Of a stretch of DNA of 6,058 nucleotides, positions 6,030 through 6,058 are shown piece after piece. How positions within the stretch are numbered: the stretch's first letter is position 1; the number at the start of each line of letters is the position of its first letter. The notes below the pieces were generated by a model. That model ran no database searches and was not told the origin of the DNA. It saw nothing but the letters and a program-made list of their open reading frames with translations. Where the stretch lies: assembly GCA_000388065.2 (NCBI GenBank), contig KB932203.1; one strand, given 5' to 3'. The translations under genes were made by a program, and so were the position numbers. Source of the stretch: Fonticula alba ATCC 38817 (lineage: Eukaryota; Protista; Nucleariida).

Positions 6030-6058
6030 CTGCGAGGATTGGGGACCGACGGGGGGGG
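6030..6058 (-). other. Probable 3' end of an upstream intron (polypyrimidine tract + CGCAG acceptor)
   Basis: Minus strand reads ccccccccgtcggtccccaatcctcgcag|GAATGATG, the same style as the other acceptors in this gene. Confidence 0.55.

Overview
GC-rich eukaryotic genomic DNA. Most of the window (1581-6027, minus strand) is one spliced gene for an AMPK-related CAMKL Ser/Thr kinase of MARK/PAR-1/Kin1 architecture: a ~254-aa low-complexity N-terminal extension, an intact kinase domain, a UBA-like domain, a long disordered Pro/His/Gly/Ser linker and a C-terminal KA1 domain. I reconstruct six coding exons: join(complement(5347..6027, 5015..5173, 4342..4751, 2174..4121, 1853..1987, 1581..1685)). 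That is 3438 nt, or 1145 aa plus stop, with five GT-AG introns of 167-263 nt whose phases all agree. A probable further splice acceptor just upstream of the first ATG means the true 5' end lies outside the window. Positions 1-1580 hold the kinase 3' UTR, microsatellites, an intergenic stretch and a weak, fragmented coding-like signal on the plus strand (about 149-470). High GC, microsatellite-rich introns and fungal-like splice signals suggest a GC-rich opisthokont such as Fonticula or an early-diverging fungus; this is inference only. I see no mobile element, CRISPR array or RNA gene, and I cannot support a genuinely new biological system here. The best second-look items are the intron architecture, a cluster of PKA-type sites in the kinase and the frame-patchwork segment at the left end.
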